A DNA stretch of 63,596 bases, filler included, from Candidatus Aminicenantales bacterium (lineage in GTDB: Bacteria > Acidobacteriota > Aminicenantia > Aminicenantales > UBA4085): assembly GCA_049515535.1 (NCBI GenBank). It is 4 parts of 4 records of this genome, joined end to end, with 100 filler letters (N's around TTAATTAATTAA, not from the genome) between each part and the next. Parts side by side here need not be neighbours in the genome. Positions count along the whole stretch, not along the records: positions 52,162 to 62,009 come from JBEKTZ010000024.1; positions 62,110 to 63,596 come from JBEKTZ010000029.1; 2 more parts are not named here. The stretch is one strand, 5' to 3'. This document shows positions 60,614-63,596 of the stretch, in pieces. The notes under the pieces were generated by a model. That model was not told the origin of the DNA. It searched no databases and saw nothing but the letters and a program-made list of their open reading frames with translations. Positions within the stretch are counted from its first letter, which is position 1; the number at the start of each line of letters is the position of its first letter. The position numbers were made by a program, and so were the translations under genes.

Positions 60614-61555
60614 TCAATTCCGCATCCCGAGCTTTTCCCTGAAGTAGGCGATGGTCCGGGCCAGCCCTTCCTCCAGGGGCACCTTGGGCTCCCATCCCAG
60701 CTTTTCCCTGGCCAGGGAGATGTCCGGCCGGCGCCGGACCGGGTCGTCGGAAGGAAGGGGCTTATGGATGATACGGGATTTGCTTTTCGTGAGCTTGATG
60801 ACTTTCTCGGCGAGCTCGGAGATCGTGAATTCTCCCGGATTGCCGAGGTTGACCGGGCCGATGAATCCGTCCTGCTCCATCATCAGGAGGAGACCTTCGA
60901 TCAGGTCCGCGACATAACAGAACGATCGCGTCTGGCTTCCGTCTCCATAAACGGTGATCGGCTCGGCCCGCAGCGCCTGGACGATGAAGTTGCTGACGAC
61001 GCGGCCGTCGTCGATGGCCATCCGCGGGCCGTAAGTGTTGAAGATCCGGACGATGCGGATGTCCACTTTGTTCTGGCGGTGGTAATCCATCATAAGGGTC
61101 TCGGCCACCCGTTTGCCCTCGTCATAACAACTGCGCACGCCGATCGTGTTCACGTTTCCCCAGTAGGTCTCGGGCTGGGGATGAACTTTGGCGTCTCCGT
61201 AGATCTCGGATGTGGAGGCGAGAAGGATGCGGCGCTTGATGCGCTTGGCCAGGCCGAGCATGTTGATGGTGCCCATGACGTTCGTTTTGACCGTCTTGAT
61301 CGGATTTTGCTGGTAGTGGATCGGCGAAGCCGGACAAGCCAGATGGAAGATCCGGTCCACTTCGATGAAAAGGGGATGGATGACGTCGTGGCGGATGAAC
61401 TCGAAATAGGGATGGGCGATGAACGGACGGATGTTGTCCTTGTAGCCCGAGAAAAAATTATCGATGCAGACGACGTCGGAGCCCTTATCCAGAAGATGTT
61501 CGCAGAGATGGCTTCCCAGAAAGCCGGCCCCGCCCGTGACCAGAACCCGGTTCAA
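60614..61555 (-). CDS. UDP-glucuronate decarboxylase (UXS) family
   Basis: [33 protein letters not shown] and RIFNTYGP motifs. Confidence 0.92.
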   Translation of the reverse strand: MNRVLVTGGAGFLGSHLCEHLLDKGSDVVCIDNFFSGYKDNIRPFIAHPYFEFIRHDVIHPLFIEVDRIFHLACPASPIHYQQNPIKTVKTNVMGTINMLGLAKRIKRRILLASTSEIYGDAKVHPQPETYWGNVNTIGVRSCYDEGKRVAETLMMDYHRQNKVDIRIVRIFNTYGPRMAIDDGRVVSNFIVQALRAEPITVYGDGSQTRSFCYVADLIEGLLLMMEQDGFIGPVNLGNPGEFTISELAEKVIKLTKSKSRIIHKPLPSDDPVRRRPDISLAREKLGWEPKVPLEEGLARTIAYFREKLGMRN

Positions 61556-61588
61556 TGTCGCAGCTCCTTCGTCGTTTTCATTCTCTTC

Positions 61589-62009
61589 CTTCTATGATGG
61601 CGAAACGCAAGCCCCCTTTCATTCTTTCTTTTATTCTTCATCGCTGCCTCGGTCTTTTGAACCACCCTTCTATCCGCGCCCTGAAGCGCACCGTAGCATT
61701 CGATCTCGGCTCCTAAACCTATTTCTGAACGCGACCCTCGCAGGTCCGTTAAGGAAGACTCTAGGCAGCCGATGTTTTCATGTCCGGGATATATTCCCTC
61801 TTCTCGGTGAGCACGCGATAAATGATAGTCAGCAATCGACGAGCTACGGCGATCTTGGCCACGTTCGGTCCTTTCCGTTTGGTCAGCCGATTGTATAAGA
61901 CTCTCAACCCAAGGTCCTTTTTGATCGCCGGATAGACCGCTTCCAGGGCTGCCCACCTCAGCCAGGCGCTCCCCTGCTTGGTGATTCGACCGTGATATGT
62001 CCGCTCTCC
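61589..62009 (-). mobile_element. IS110-family (IS1111-type) element: transposase C-terminus (61761-62009) plus ~170-bp 3' non-coding end
   Basis: Minus frame GERTYHGRITKQGSAWLRWAALEA...KG.NVAKIAVARRLL.IIY.VL; end reads CTTGCGTTTCGCCATCATAGAAG. Confidence 0.85.
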
Positions 62010-62111
62010 NNNNNNNNNNNNNNNNNNNNNNNNNNNNNNNNNNNNNNNNNNNNTTAATTAATTAANNNNNNNNNNNNNNNNNNNNNNNNNNNNNNNNNNN
62101 NNNNNNNNNCG

Positions 62112-63110
62112 ACCTATGCCCTCGTCGTTTTCATCCTCGCCCCGCTTGTCATCCTGACCGGGCTGGCCCTGTCCCCCGCCATAGGCGGGCGTTTTCCCTG
62201 GTATCCTCGTCTGTTTCATGGTCGGCAATCTGCTCGAAGCCTTCACCTTCTCTCCCTGGCCGCATTCCTGATCTTCATCATCATCCATGTCACCCTCGTT
62301 GGCATTGTGCATTTCAAGAAGGCAATGGCCCACATCGTCCTCGGCCTGGAAAATCACCGTGAAGCATTGTCGATTGTTTTGGGGCTGTTCGCGCTCGGAA
62401 TCGTCGTAGTCGTACAGGTCGGGGCGACATTGTGGTCACAACATAACCCTCGAGGCGTGCAGCGACTCACGGGTCGATTTATTAGCTCGTTCACGCGCTT
62501 TTTCTTTTATGGCCTGCGGTCGCGGCAGGCCTATCGGAAAGCGGAGATCTCCCCATATTTCTGGACGAACGGATATCCTCCGGTGACACGCGAGTGGGAG
62601 GAGGCCGCCCGTCATAACTTCGCTAATTATCGACTGGAAATAAAGGGCCTGGTCGAACGTCCGCTGTCTCTTTCGCGGGAGGATCTGCGGGCCATGCCGG
62701 AGGAGACCAATATCACGGAGCATTGTTGCATTCAGGGGTGGTCCGGAATTGCCGAATGGACCGGGGTCCCGGTTCGAGATATTCTGGCGCGGTGCTGCCC
62801 GGTCCCGGGGGCTCGTTATCTGGTCTTTCACTCCTTCCAAACCGATGAGAAAGGGCGTGAATACTACGAACTGCTGGAGCTGACCGAGGCCTATTACCCT
62901 CAAACCATTCTGTCTTACGCGATGAACGGGGAGCCGCTATCGGTGGCACATGGGGCGCCGCTTCGCTTGCGCATGGAGACGAAGCTCGGGTTCAAGATGG
63001 TGAAATGGCTGAAGTCCATCGAGTTGGTCGAGGGCTACAAGGCGATGGGGGAAGGCCAGGGCGGATACCGTGAAGATACACAATTCTATGATATCGAGGC
63101 GCAAATCTGA
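62112..63110 (+). CDS. Molybdopterin oxidoreductase (MsrP/sulfite oxidase family) fused to cytochrome b; 5'-truncated
   Basis: LTGLALSP, RQSARSLH, HCCIQGWS, HGAPLRLR and GFKMVKW motifs. Confidence 0.85.
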   Translation, partial: TYALVVFILAPLVILTGLALSPAIGGRFPWYPRLFHGRQSARSLHLLSLAAFLIFIIIHVTLVGIVHFKKAMAHIVLGLENHREALSIVLGLFALGIVVVVQVGATLWSQHNPRGVQRLTGRFISSFTRFFFYGLRSRQAYRKAEISPYFWTNGYPPVTREWEEAARHNFANYRLEIKGLVERPLSLSREDLRAMPEETNITEHCCIQGWSGIAEWTGVPVRDILARCCPVPGARYLVFHSFQTDEKGREYYELLELTEAYYPQTILSYAMNGEPLSVAHGAPLRLRMETKLGFKMVKWLKSIELVEGYKAMGEGQGGYREDTQFYDIEAQI

Positions 63111-63294
63111 TAACCATCATTTCTGATCACAGGCAGGAGCGCTTTTTCCTAGTTGCCGCGAAGTTCCAGCTTCTCAACCCGCAGTTCTTGGGAAGTCGAT
63201 CGCTTTTTCTTTTGCCAGACGGCAGAAATCACGGCTTCTGCTTTTGGCGTGAGTATTGTCTAAGCGGAAAGAGCCTCCGGCGCCGGCTGGACCG

Positions 63295-63596
63295 TCAGCT
63301 TTTTCCGTAGACGGGGATAGGGGCCCCGCTCGTAACGGAGAAGTTGTCCGAAATCAAGCAGAGCAGGACGGACGCGAGCTCTTCAGGCCTCACCCAGTTG
63401 GAAAAATCGGCGGTCGGGAGATTCTTCCGGTTCTCCGGCGTGTCGATCGTGCCGGGCAGGATACAGTTGGCAGTGATATTGAACTTCTTCATTTCTTCGG
63501 CGATAATCTCCGTTAGGACCACTACTCCGGCTTTGGAGACAGCGTACGCTCCCGCTTTCGTGCGACCTTTTTTCTCTATCGCCGGCCGCGCCGCAA
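63295..63596 (-). CDS. Short-chain dehydrogenase/reductase, 3' part
   Basis: Y..SKAG, NCILPGTIDTPENR and SGA.IPVYG motifs. Confidence 0.8.
   Translation of the reverse strand, partial: AARPAIEKKGRTKAGAYAVSKAGVVVLTEIIAEEMKKFNITANCILPGTIDTPENRKNLPTADFSNWVRPEELASVLLCLISDNFSVTSGAPIPVYGKS

Overview
This window looks like four pieces of a metagenome-assembled bacterial genome joined by artificial N...TTAATTAATTAA...N spacers (26930-27029, 52042-52161, 62010-62109), so adjacency across those spacers has no biological meaning. The GC-rich core genes and the expanded Ser/Thr kinase-TPR family suggest Ca. Aminicenantes/Acidobacteriota (inference). Piece 1 (1-26929) holds housekeeping and metabolic genes plus tRNA-Pro(CGG), followed by an 8-cassette integron array on the minus strand (18209-26929). 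The array has five intact attC sites and two diverged copies of an attI-like site plus Pc-like promoter; one copy sits inside the array and replaces half of an attC. No intI is visible. Piece 2 (27030-52041) is an accessory region in which most intergenic spaces carry co-oriented clusters of a ~70-83 bp degenerate tandem repeat (about 12 clusters). These separate unrelated cargo genes, gene fragments and three kinase-TPR paralogues, and form a candidate undescribed repeat-delimited gene-capture platform. Piece 3 (52162-62009) has duplicated pilin genes with a complete sigma54/IHF/UAS promoter, plsC, gmhA, an aminotransferase fused to a PEPCK/HprK-like P-loop domain, flotillin, GT2, UXS and the 3' end of an IS110/IS1111 element with its putative bridge/seek RNA region. 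Piece 4 has partial molybdopterin oxidoreductase and SDR genes.
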